Shown here: piece after piece, positions 1-7,580 of the stretch | How the letters are laid out: each line of letters opens with the position of its first letter | Position numbering within the stretch: the stretch's first letter is position 1 | Assembly: GCA_964555625.1 (NCBI GenBank) | Contig: CAZKTE010000042.1 | Location: 1-15,790, forward strand | Reading direction: 5' to 3' | Source: an uncultured Isosphaeraceae bacterium | GTDB taxonomy: Bacteria > Planctomycetota > Phycisphaerae > Phycisphaerales > SM1A02 | DNA: 15,790 nt | Program-made: the position numbers and the translations under genes | The notes under the pieces: generated by a model | Seen by the model: the letters and a program-made list of their open reading frames with translations, nothing else | Databases searched by the model: none | What the model was told of the DNA's origin: nothing

Positions 1-227
1 TGAGGCGATTGGCGGACCTTCAGTCGCGTGTCGAGCAGCGTGACGCTGTCGGCGAAGAACGGCAAGCGGAAGTGCAGTCCGGCGTCTCGAACGATGCTGG
101 CATCGTCAGTCTGGCCGAAGCGGCTACGAATGCCCACCTCGTGGTACGAGACGGTGTACGTCATGCTGAAGAGCAGCAGCACGCCCAGCAGCGCGATGCC
201 CGCTGTAATTGACAGTGGTCGCCTCAT
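1..227 (-). CDS. hflC: HflC-like SPFH/band-7 membrane protein, N-terminal fragment (continues beyond window start)
   Basis: Hand translation of the minus strand from ATG at 227-225 gives MRRPLSITAGIALLGVLLLFSMTYTVSYHEVGIRSRFGQTDDASIVRDAGLHFRLPFFADSVTLLDTRLKVRQSP. This is a single N-terminal TM followed by the SPFH start pattern (GI..RFG ... GLHF.LPF), as in E. coli HflC (GERGITLRFGK ... GLHFKIPF). The ATG overlaps the stop of the upstream SPFH gene (ATGA). A GGAGG sits 9 nt upstream inside the upstream gene. The gene is absent from the ORF track because it is truncated by the window edge. Confidence 0.7.
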   Translation of the reverse strand, partial: MRRPLSITAGIALLGVLLLFSMTYTVSYHEVGIRSRFGQTDDASIVRDAGLHFRLPFFADSVTLLDTRLKVRQSP

Positions 228-2317
228 GGCCCGGAGCCTCCTTCGGTGTCCTCGATCGTATCCCCGAAATTCAGCAGCGGATTCACGGTCCGCAGTTCAA
301 GATCAACGTCGAATCGACTGGGTTCAATGCCCACGACGTACTTGCGCATAGTCGGAAGCTTGCGTGCAAGAACCCCCATCACGCTCCGCTGGCGGTAGAG
401 ATTCGGCGCCGCGGCGTAGGCCATCATCTGCCCCCGCACGCGACTGGCGCGCGCCCAGGTGGACATGATCTCGACCCACCGATCGCTGCCAGCCTGCGCC
501 AATCGCAGCGATGCAACGCCGCGCCCCTCCTGCAGTAGCGCAGTGGCCCTGGCCTGCCAGTGCGTCATCAGCCCGTGCACTTCATCGGCCTCGCCCGTAT
601 CAGCACCCTCGCGCCGGAGGATCTCCCAGTTTGCGCGTGCCTGCTCGTAGCGGTCCACGGCATCGACGACGGTGTCGACGAGGTCCCCGTCGCCAACTTC
701 CCGCAAGAGGATGTTCTCGCCCCAGCCCTGCGCTGCGGCCACCAAGCGATCGCGACCTTGCCGCGCAACGTTCAGTTCCTCGTACTTCCCGGTGTTGCCG
801 CCGCCTGCCGGTCGCAGGAACAGCACGTCCACAGACACTACCTTCACTCCGACGTCCCGCCGATCAAGCACCTGCTGCAGCTCGCCGACGAGCGTCGCCG
901 ACAGGTCCCCCCGTCCGGCTCCAAGGAGATGTTCAAGGGAGATCTCCTGAAGCACGTCGGTGAGCATCTCGCGGGAGATCGATCGAAGGGCGAGTTCTCG
1001 CCCGCTGAGACGAGATCGCCGCTCGACATCATCGGCGGCGAAGTCCAGCCACTGGAGCAAGCCCTGATCGCTGACGCGGTAATGCAGCACCGCCTGAAGA
1101 TCGACCAGGGCAAGGGCGTCTGCGACACCGTTGACGATGAAGGGGAGCGGCTTCTCGATGGCCAGACTCGAGAGATCATCTGACCAGAGCACGACGGCTC
1201 GATCCTGCTTCCAGGAGAAGGTCAAGGGGAGTTGTCGCACGCGGGTGACATCGACGATCTCCGCCGACTCGATGGGCCAAGGCAACTTCCACATCAGGCC
1301 CGGGCCATGCACGTCGCCGATGATCGCCCCCTGCCGCAGCCGAACCGCCTGTTGCGTGGGCTCTACCACGACCATCGTGTCCAGCAGCAGCAGCGCCGCA
1401 ACCGCCAGCGCAAGGAGTCCGCCGAACGACCGCAGCAGCAGCTGGTATCCCCAGCTGCTGGCGATGTCAAACCCGAACTGGTAGTTGATCGCCTCGTTGA
1501 GCGAACGCACGATCGAGTCGGGCGCGGCGAGCATGCTCAGCGTCTTGGAGTCATAGGCTGGCCGCGGAAACTCACCGGGGATGCGCGGCCTGTAGAGGTT
1601 CAGGATGAAGTTGAGCAGAATCTCGAAGGCAACCGCGAGCATGAAGATCGGTATCGCCCAGCAGATAATCTCGATGACTGCGTCGTTATCGAAGAACCGA
1701 AAGACCAGTCCGATCGAGAGCGCGAGCGAGAGAACCGCCGAGCCCACCATCCAGCTCGCTCCCCCACGGAGGTTCTTCCATGCCGCCACCCGCGCCATGC
1801 CCGCCACGAATCGCGAGTAGATGAAGGCCAGCAGCGTGAATCCCAGCGTAATCGCCAGCGCCCAGCCCGTCAGGCTCGTCATCTGCATCAAGGTTCGGAC
1901 GTTGTCGTCGGGGTGATCCAGGCGACCAAGGAACCTCAGGACCAATAGAGCCACGACCGTCAGGGCCACTGCGACCGCCAGGCTCACGGCGGGCATGAGC
2001 CAGCGATGGATCATGCGAAGACGACGGGCCGCGGGGCGGTCATCGTCGTCGGTATCGAACATCGCCGAAGAAGCGTCTCCCCCCAGCTCCTCGGCCTCGA
2101 GGGCCTCAAGCCGCTCCATCTTCTGCTGGTAATAGAGGATTGCCAGGCCCAGCCACGCCACAAGTCCAATTGACGCGTAGAAGGAGGCCAGCACGAGGGG
2201 CGTGTCATCGGCCACAAGCCCAAAAACGAGCAGCACGGCCGCAACCAGTGCCTGCACGAGCAGGCCGGTCACAGCGGTGTTCACCGCCCTCTGGCACGCG
2301 TGTTGATCAACTCTCAT
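224..2317 (-). CDS. hflK: HflK-like SPFH/band-7 protein with a long polytopic N-terminal extension (about 6 extra TM helices before the canonical TM plus SPFH domain)
   Basis: 697-aa ORF. Residues from about 317 onward match the HflK/SPFH pattern (PGLMWKLPWPIESAEIVDVTRVRQL compares with E. coli PGLNWKPTFIDEV) and a long HflK-type C-terminal region follows. Residues 1 to about 295 contain six hydrophobic helix-length segments (approx 14-36, 41-63, 107-128, 148-167, 188-206, 214-240), then the canonical TM at about 297-313. The frame stays open and GC3-rich throughout, and no competing plausible gene exists on either strand in 1320-2317. The start at 2317 (ATG) is uncertain: the nearest GGAGG is about 17 nt upstream, which is too far. 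Confidence 0.8.
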   Translation of the reverse strand: MRVDQHACQRAVNTAVTGLLVQALVAAVLLVFGLVADDTPLVLASFYASIGLVAWLGLAILYYQQKMERLEALEAEELGGDASSAMFDTDDDDRPAARRLRMIHRWLMPAVSLAVAVALTVVALLVLRFLGRLDHPDDNVRTLMQMTSLTGWALAITLGFTLLAFIYSRFVAGMARVAAWKNLRGGASWMVGSAVLSLALSIGLVFRFFDNDAVIEIICWAIPIFMLAVAFEILLNFILNLYRPRIPGEFPRPAYDSKTLSMLAAPDSIVRSLNEAINYQFGFDIASSWGYQLLLRSFGGLLALAVAALLLLDTMVVVEPTQQAVRLRQGAIIGDVHGPGLMWKLPWPIESAEIVDVTRVRQLPLTFSWKQDRAVVLWSDDLSSLAIEKPLPFIVNGVADALALVDLQAVLHYRVSDQGLLQWLDFAADDVERRSRLSGRELALRSISREMLTDVLQEISLEHLLGAGRGDLSATLVGELQQVLDRRDVGVKVVSVDVLFLRPAGGGNTGKYEELNVARQGRDRLVAAAQGWGENILLREVGDGDLVDTVVDAVDRYEQARANWEILRREGADTGEADEVHGLMTHWQARATALLQEGRGVASLRLAQAGSDRWVEIMSTWARASRVRGQMMAYAAAPNLYRQRSVMGVLARKLPTMRKYVVGIEPSRFDVDLELRTVNPLLNFGDTIEDTEGGSGP

Positions 2318-2436
2318 GACGCCGCGATCACTTTCCTCCGTGAGATGGGGGCTCCTGCCGCAGGTGCAGCCTCCGAGGGCCCCCGCGCGATACGAACCGC
2401 CCTGTTCCCACGTTCGTTGAGGGGGGGAAGATTATC

Positions 2437-2484
2437 ATGGACCGCTACTCCCTGCCGGTGCGCCCCACAACCTGCCCGCCATGA
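2437..2484 (+). CDS. Possible 15-codon upstream ORF (MDRYSLPVRPTTCPP) translationally coupled to the ABC-2 permease
   Basis: ATG at 2437 lies 6 nt after a purine-rich GGGGGGGAAG (2421-2430). Its TGA (2482-2484) overlaps the permease ATG (2481-2483) as ATGA. The permease ATG has no Shine-Dalgarno of its own. The ORF could be a coincidental short frame. Confidence 0.25.
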   Translation: MDRYSLPVRPTTCPP

Positions 2485-3620
2485 TCAACCAGACCCTCGC
2501 CATTGCCCGAAACGCGTTCTTCGAGAGCATCAGGCAGCCCATCCTGCTGGTGCTTGTGCTGGCAGCAATGCTGCTGCTGATCCTCTCGAACCCGCTGTCG
2601 GCCTTCACAATGGAGGACGACCAGAAGATGCTCCTGGACATCGGCCTGGCCACGGTGTTCATGGCCGGGATGCTCCTGGCGGCATTCGTGGCCGCCAACG
2701 TCCTGGGCCGCGAGATCCACAACCGCACGGCCCTGACGGTGGTGTCCAAACCGGTCTCCCGACCCTCCTTCGTGGTGGGCAAGTTCCTGGGGGTGACGGC
2801 GGCGATCACGCTCGCAACGCTTGCCATGGCGCTGGTGTTCGCGCTGGTCGAACAGCAGGCGGTATTGCAGACGGTGCGCGATCCCATCCACGTACCCGTC
2901 ATCGTGCTGGGAGTAGCCGCCATCGTCCTCGGCACGACGGCGGCAGTCTGGTGCAACTACTTCTACGGATTCGTCTTCTCCAGCACTTGGATTTGCGCCA
3001 CCACTCCATTGCTTGCGGTGGCCTATCTGGTGACGTTGAACTTCGGCCCGAACTTCACCCCCCTGCCCATGGCCCATGCCTTCAAGCCAGATCTCTGGAA
3101 GGCGCTCCTGTCAATTCTCGTGGCCATCACGGTGCTGGCGAGCATCGCCGTCGCCGCGTCCACGCGGCTGGGGCAATTGCAGACGCTTGTTGTAACGTTC
3201 CTGATCTTCTTCGCCGGGATGATGTCTGACGCCTGGTTCGGCCAACCCCGTGATCGCATCGAGATGGCCTGGCTCGACCGCGCGACTGCCGAGGGCAAGA
3301 CGGTGGGAAGTGAGCATGTGCGCACGATGGAGAAGACCAACGGCGACATCGAGGAGGTGGTCACCGAAGTGACGGTGCCGCTGACGGGCGTGAACCTCCG
3401 TGCCTACGCCACCGACGGCGAACTGGCCGCCTGGGCGGGATGCCACGTCGGCGCAGCGATCCTTCCAAACTTCCAAGTCCTCTGGCTTGCCGATGCCCTC
3501 ACCCAGCACAATGTCATCCCCACGCGATACGTCGTTCGCAGCGGGATCTACGGCGGGCTCTACGTCAGCGGCGCCGTGTGCATCGGCATCGTGCTCTTCC
3601 AACGCCGGGAAGTGAGTTGA
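2481..3620 (+). CDS. ABC-2 family transporter permease (NosY/COG1277-like), 6 TM, with a soluble insertion of about 100 aa before the last TM
   Basis: 379 aa. N-terminal ARNAFFESIRQP followed by TM1, then the conserved ABC-2 motif GREIHNRTALTVVSKPVSRPSFVVGKFLG (compare RE.E.GTLE.LLS.PVSR...LGKFLA), then further TMs. A hydrophilic stretch at about 250-340 (DRIEMAWLDRATAEGKTVGSEHVRTMEK...GVNLRAYATDGELAAW) precedes the final TM. No ATPase partner is present in the window. Stop at 3618-3620, 4 nt before uvrA. Confidence 0.75.
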   Translation: MINQTLAIARNAFFESIRQPILLVLVLAAMLLLILSNPLSAFTMEDDQKMLLDIGLATVFMAGMLLAAFVAANVLGREIHNRTALTVVSKPVSRPSFVVGKFLGVTAAITLATLAMALVFALVEQQAVLQTVRDPIHVPVIVLGVAAIVLGTTAAVWCNYFYGFVFSSTWICATTPLLAVAYLVTLNFGPNFTPLPMAHAFKPDLWKALLSILVAITVLASIAVAASTRLGQLQTLVVTFLIFFAGMMSDAWFGQPRDRIEMAWLDRATAEGKTVGSEHVRTMEKTNGDIEEVVTEVTVPLTGVNLRAYATDGELAAWAGCHVGAAILPNFQVLWLADALTQHNVIPTRYVVRSGIYGGLYVSGAVCIGIVLFQRREVS

Positions 3621-3624
3621 TCGC

Positions 3625-6507
3625 GTGAGCACGAGCGCTGCCCCCAGGGCGATTCGAATCCGGGGCGCATCAGAACACAATCTCAGGTCGATCAACATTG
3701 AGATCCCTCGCGATCAGATCGCGGTGATCACTGGCGTCAGCGGCAGCGGAAAGAGCTCGCTGGCGTTCGACACGATCTATGCCGAGGGCCAACGCAAGTA
3801 CATGGAGTCGCTGAGCGCCTATGCACGTCAATTCCTCGACCGCATGGCCAAGCCGAGGGTCGAAGGCATCGAGGGTCTTCCTCCGACGATCGCCATCGGC
3901 CAGCGCAGCGGCAGCCACAACCCCCGCTCGACTGTCGCCACCACGACGGAGATCCAGGACTACCTGAGGCTCCTGATGGCCCGATGCGGCACGCCGCGTT
4001 GCTGGCACACAGACGAGGACGGTACGACCTGCGGACGCGCAATCGAGGCTACCACCGCCACGGCAATCATCGAGACGATCCTGGAGCGCGGCGAGGGGCG
4101 CCGCATCCTGCTCTGCGCGCCGATCGTGGCTGGACGCAAGGGATTCCACCGCGAGGCCGTCGAGGACCTCCGGTCCCAGGGATTCGTACGGGCACGCGTC
4201 AACGGCACCGTCATCGACCTGCGAGATGCCCTCAGCGGTGACGATGAGAATCCTCTGGGCCTGGGCCGCTACGAGATGCACGACATCGAGGCGGTCGTAG
4301 ATCGCATCAGCGTCTCGGCCGCCGAGCGCGATCGTGTTGCTGACTCCGTCGAGACCGCGCTTCGCCTCGGTCGAGGCAGCGTGATCGTCTTGGCCGAAGA
4401 TGGCGAGGACTGGCAGGAGGATCGCTACAGCGAGCACCTTGCGTGTCCGGAGCATCCGTCCTGCTCGCTTGCGGACCTGGAACCGCGGCTTTTCTCATTC
4501 AACTCGCCCTACGGCGCGTGCCCGGCGTGCGACGGGATGGGCATCGTTCGCGAGTTCGACGAAGAACTCATCGTGCCCGATCCATCACTTGGCATTACAC
4601 GCGGCGCGATCCATGCGTGGAAGACCAGCGTGCCACAGATGAGACGGCGCTATGGCCGCATGCTGCGCAAGTTCTGTGACGCCATCGGCGTCGATGGCAC
4701 CGCCTCCTTCGAGAGCTTGAACGCATCGCAGCGGAGGGCTCTGATACAGGGCGCCACCGGGAAGTCCGTCTCGTTTCGCGGCGTGATACCGGATCTGCAG
4801 CGTAGGCTTCGGCAGACCGAGAGCGATCTGGTGCGCAATCGCCTCATGGGCTACATGCGACGCGCGCCCTGTGGCGACTGCCAGGGGCGACGCCTGCGTC
4901 CCGAAGCGCTCGCCGTGACACTGCCCGGCGCGGAGGGCGATGTGGGACTGAGCGATCTGACGGCACTGACTATCGAACTGGCCATCGAGGCCTTCGATGG
5001 CCTTCGACTCTCCCAAGAACATGCCCGCATCGCAGAGCCGGTGCTGCGGGAGATCACCAGTCGCCTGCGATTCCTGGCCTCGGTGGGCCTCCCCTACCTC
5101 TCGCTGGATCGGTCCAGCGCCACGCTCAGCGGCGGCGAGGCGCAGCGCATCCGGCTTGCAACGCAGGTGGGCAGCGGGCTCGTTGGCGTCTGTTATGTGC
5201 TTGATGAGCCCACGATCGGCCTGCACGCCCGCGATGGCCAGCGCCTAATGCGGACGCTGCGTCACCTTGCCGACATCGGCAACACAGTGATCGTGGTGGA
5301 ACACGACGAGGCGGTCATTCGGTCCGCCGATCACGTTGTCGACATCGGCCCAGGCGCAGGCATGCATGGGGGGCTCGTCGTAGCCGAGGGCAACGTCGAG
5401 GACATCGAGGCCACCGATGGAAGTCTCACGGGCCAGTTCCTCAGTGGTGCAAGGTGCATCGAACTGCCCGAGGCACGCCGTAGCGTCACGCCCGAGCACG
5501 CCATCACGATGCTCGGCGCCACCCGAAACAACCTTCGTGAGATCGACGTGGCCATTCCACTGGGCGGCCTCGTCTGCGTCAGCGGCGTGTCCGGATCTGG
5601 AAAGTCCTCGCTGGTGAACGACGTCCTGCTCATGGCAGCGCGGGATCTAGTGGCTGGCCGCACCGCCGCTCATGTCGAGTGCCGAGGCATCGAGGGTGTC
5701 GACTGCATCGATCGCGTGGTCCAGGTGGATCAGTCCCCCATCGGCCGCACGCCTCGGTCCAATCCGGCCACATATACGGGAGTCTTCGACGGCATTCGAT
5801 CGCTCTTTGCACGAACGCGCGATGCGCGGATCCGCGGGTACGCCCCTGGACGCTTCAGCTTCAACGTCAAGGGTGGACGCTGCGAGGCGTGCGCAGGCCA
5901 AGGCGTCAAGCGCATCGAGATGCACTTCCTGCCCGATGCGTTCGTGACCTGCGAGGCATGCGAGGGTGCCCGATACAACCCAGAGACGCTGGAGATTCAC
6001 TGGAAGGACCAGTCGATCGCGGAGGTGCTCGACACCACCATCGAGGACGCCCTGGAAGTCTTCGAGGCGCACGGCAAGCTTGAGCGCATGCTCCGATGCT
6101 TATGCGACGTGGGACTGGGATACCTGACGCTGGGCCAGCCATCGACGACGCTCAGCGGTGGCGAGGCGCAGCGCATCAAACTCGCAAGCGAACTGGGGGT
6201 GCGCGGCGGCCAACACACGCTCTACGTGCTGGATGAACCGACGACTGGCCTGCACTTTGCCGACGTGGAGAAACTGCTGGGCGTACTGCATCGCCTCGTG
6301 GACGCCGGCAACAGCGTGGTCGTCATCGAGCACAACCTCGACGTCATCAAGTCGGCGGACTGGGTCATCGATCTAGGCCCGGAAGGTGGCACCGCCGGCG
6401 GCAACATCGTCGCAGAGGGAACGCCCGAGCAGGTGGCATCCGTCGCAGAGAGCCACACCGGTACATCCCTCTGCTCGCTGCTCGGGACGGCGATCGCTAG
6501 CGCTTGA
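3625..6507 (+). CDS. uvrA: Excinuclease ABC subunit A (UvrA), canonical class I, full length
   Basis: 960 aa with a GTG start preceded by GGGAAGTGAG. Walker A GVSGSGKSSLAFDTIYAEGQRKY and a second Walker A GVSGSGKSSLVNDVL are present. Two ABC signatures LSGGEAQRIRLA and LSGGEAQRIKLA are present. Zinc-finger Cys motifs CPACDGMG, CEACAGQG and CEACEGAR are present. It is colinear with E. coli UvrA over the whole length, including the UvrB-binding region (LLCAPIVAGRKGFHREAVEDLRSQGFVRARVNG). Confidence 0.97.
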   Translation: MSTSAAPRAIRIRGASEHNLRSINIEIPRDQIAVITGVSGSGKSSLAFDTIYAEGQRKYMESLSAYARQFLDRMAKPRVEGIEGLPPTIAIGQRSGSHNPRSTVATTTEIQDYLRLLMARCGTPRCWHTDEDGTTCGRAIEATTATAIIETILERGEGRRILLCAPIVAGRKGFHREAVEDLRSQGFVRARVNGTVIDLRDALSGDDENPLGLGRYEMHDIEAVVDRISVSAAERDRVADSVETALRLGRGSVIVLAEDGEDWQEDRYSEHLACPEHPSCSLADLEPRLFSFNSPYGACPACDGMGIVREFDEELIVPDPSLGITRGAIHAWKTSVPQMRRRYGRMLRKFCDAIGVDGTASFESLNASQRRALIQGATGKSVSFRGVIPDLQRRLRQTESDLVRNRLMGYMRRAPCGDCQGRRLRPEALAVTLPGAEGDVGLSDLTALTIELAIEAFDGLRLSQEHARIAEPVLREITSRLRFLASVGLPYLSLDRSSATLSGGEAQRIRLATQVGSGLVGVCYVLDEPTIGLHARDGQRLMRTLRHLADIGNTVIVVEHDEAVIRSADHVVDIGPGAGMHGGLVVAEGNVEDIEATDGSLTGQFLSGARCIELPEARRSVTPEHAITMLGATRNNLREIDVAIPLGGLVCVSGVSGSGKSSLVNDVLLMAARDLVAGRTAAHVECRGIEGVDCIDRVVQVDQSPIGRTPRSNPATYTGVFDGIRSLFARTRDARIRGYAPGRFSFNVKGGRCEACAGQGVKRIEMHFLPDAFVTCEACEGARYNPETLEIHWKDQSIAEVLDTTIEDALEVFEAHGKLERMLRCLCDVGLGYLTLGQPSTTLSGGEAQRIKLASELGVRGGQHTLYVLDEPTTGLHFADVEKLLGVLHRLVDAGNSVVVIEHNLDVIKSADWVIDLGPEGGTAGGNIVAEGTPEQVASVAESHTGTSLCSLLGTAIASA

Positions 6508-7573
6508 AGACCAAGTAGCGCGAGACGAGAAAGTTGAACGTGATGCCCACGGCGGACCCGACCGATGCGCCGACCAGCCCGGCCCATGGAATTCCGTGGG
6601 CGGCGCTCAGCCACATCGTCACCGCCCAGGTCGCAATCGCACCCACACTGCAGACGGCGATGAAGCCCAGATACTGCACCAGGAGTGACTGCCGCCGGGC
6701 ATACCAGAATGCCCATCGCCGGTCCCACGTGAAGTTCCATGACATGGCGGTGAGCACCGCCAGCGCAATTGCAATCCGCTGCGCGGGTATGACGGCGGTC
6801 CAAAGCATCAGCGCAGCGAGATAGATGGCCACGCCGCTTGCACCTACCGCTGCAAACGTGAAAAAGCTCACGTGCGAGGGGTGCGTGTAGCGATAGAGGC
6901 GGATGCAGTGGAGCAGGTACTCCCACTGAACCTTCAGCGTGAGCTTGCTTTGGCCATGGCGTCGGGTACGAAATCCAATGGGTACCTCAGCCACGCTCTT
7001 GCAGCCGCACTTGACGATGAGCTCGAGGCCAATCTTGTAGCCGATTGGATCCAGATCCACGGCACGCTCCCATGTCGCGCGCCGAAGCCCAAGGAACCCG
7101 CTCATTGGGTCTCGCACGCGGGTGAACACCCGTGCCATGAGGGTGGCCGCCTTCGAATTGAGCCACCGAAGTACGCCCCAGCCGTCCTCGGTCGATCCGC
7201 CCGGGACATAGCGTGATCCGACGACGAAGTCGGCTCCCTCGGACAGCGCCTTCACCATGGCCGGGATCACGCTGGCCGGGTGGGAGCCGTCGGCATCCAT
7301 GATCACCAGCACGTCGCCGGTGGCCTCCTCCAGGCCATGGAGTACCGCGCTGCTGAGCCCGCGATCCTCACGTCGCACGATGAGCCGAACCCAGTCCTCT
7401 CCACGCTCCTCGATGAGCGCCTCGGTCCCATCCTGAGAGTCGTCGTCGACGATGATGACCTGCGCCTCCGGGAGATCCGCATCACGCAGCGCCGACAGCG
7501 CGTCGAGCGTGTCCGGAAGGCTATCGGCCTCCCGATAGGTGGGCAGGATGATGGTGACTGTGTCAGGTGGCAT
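6497..7573 (-). CDS. Polyprenyl-phosphate glycosyltransferase (GT2, Dpm1/PpmS-like) fused to a C-terminal GtrA-like 4-TM domain
   Basis: N-terminus MPPDTVTIILPTYREADS...VIIVDDDSQDGT...DADGSHP is the classic GT2 DxD/Dpm1 pattern. The C-terminal approx 120 aa form four TM helices ending in the GtrA-type tail (FNFLVSRYLVFKR). The ATG at 7573 is preferred over the ORF-track TTG at 7648: the 25 extra residues are S/R-rich, would overlap ispD by 68 nt in another frame, and have no SD. The stop at 6497-6499 overlaps the uvrA stop (convergent overlap of 11 bp). Confidence 0.85.
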   Translation of the reverse strand: MPPDTVTIILPTYREADSLPDTLDALSALRDADLPEAQVIIVDDDSQDGTEALIEERGEDWVRLIVRREDRGLSSAVLHGLEEATGDVLVIMDADGSHPASVIPAMVKALSEGADFVVGSRYVPGGSTEDGWGVLRWLNSKAATLMARVFTRVRDPMSGFLGLRRATWERAVDLDPIGYKIGLELIVKCGCKSVAEVPIGFRTRRHGQSKLTLKVQWEYLLHCIRLYRYTHPSHVSFFTFAAVGASGVAIYLAALMLWTAVIPAQRIAIALAVLTAMSWNFTWDRRWAFWYARRQSLLVQYLGFIAVCSVGAIATWAVTMWLSAAHGIPWAGLVGASVGSAVGITFNFLVSRYLVFKR

Positions 7574-7580
7574 GGGCGGA

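Noticed and set aside
560-1948. Long plus-strand ORFs (560-1183, 1232-1948) antisense to the SPFH gene
   Set aside because: Their translations are Arg/Pro/His-rich and lack hydrophobic cores. Such shadow ORFs are typical in GC-rich DNA. The opposite strand carries a clear SPFH-family protein.
2302-2311. 10-bp palindrome GTTGATCAAC at the start of the hflK-like gene
   Set aside because: It lies inside codons 2-4 of the coding sequence. It is short, and the chance expectation over 15.8 kb is not negligible.
2445-3698. Minus-strand ORFs 2445-3077 and 3111-3698 overlapping the ABC-2 permease
   Set aside because: Low-complexity R/G/H/D-rich translations antisense to a well-supported membrane protein. 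No SD or start context.
4585-5226. 213-aa minus-strand ORF inside uvrA
   Set aside because: Antisense shadow ORF within an unmistakable uvrA. The same applies to 3670-4455, 5647-6072 and 6222-6926.
3625-6507. UvrA as a class II drug-resistance paralog (DrrC/Ecm16-like) because it follows an ABC-2 permease
   Set aside because: The protein is 960 aa and colinear with E. coli UvrA, including the UvrB-binding and insertion domains and all three Zn-finger motifs. It is the canonical repair enzyme.
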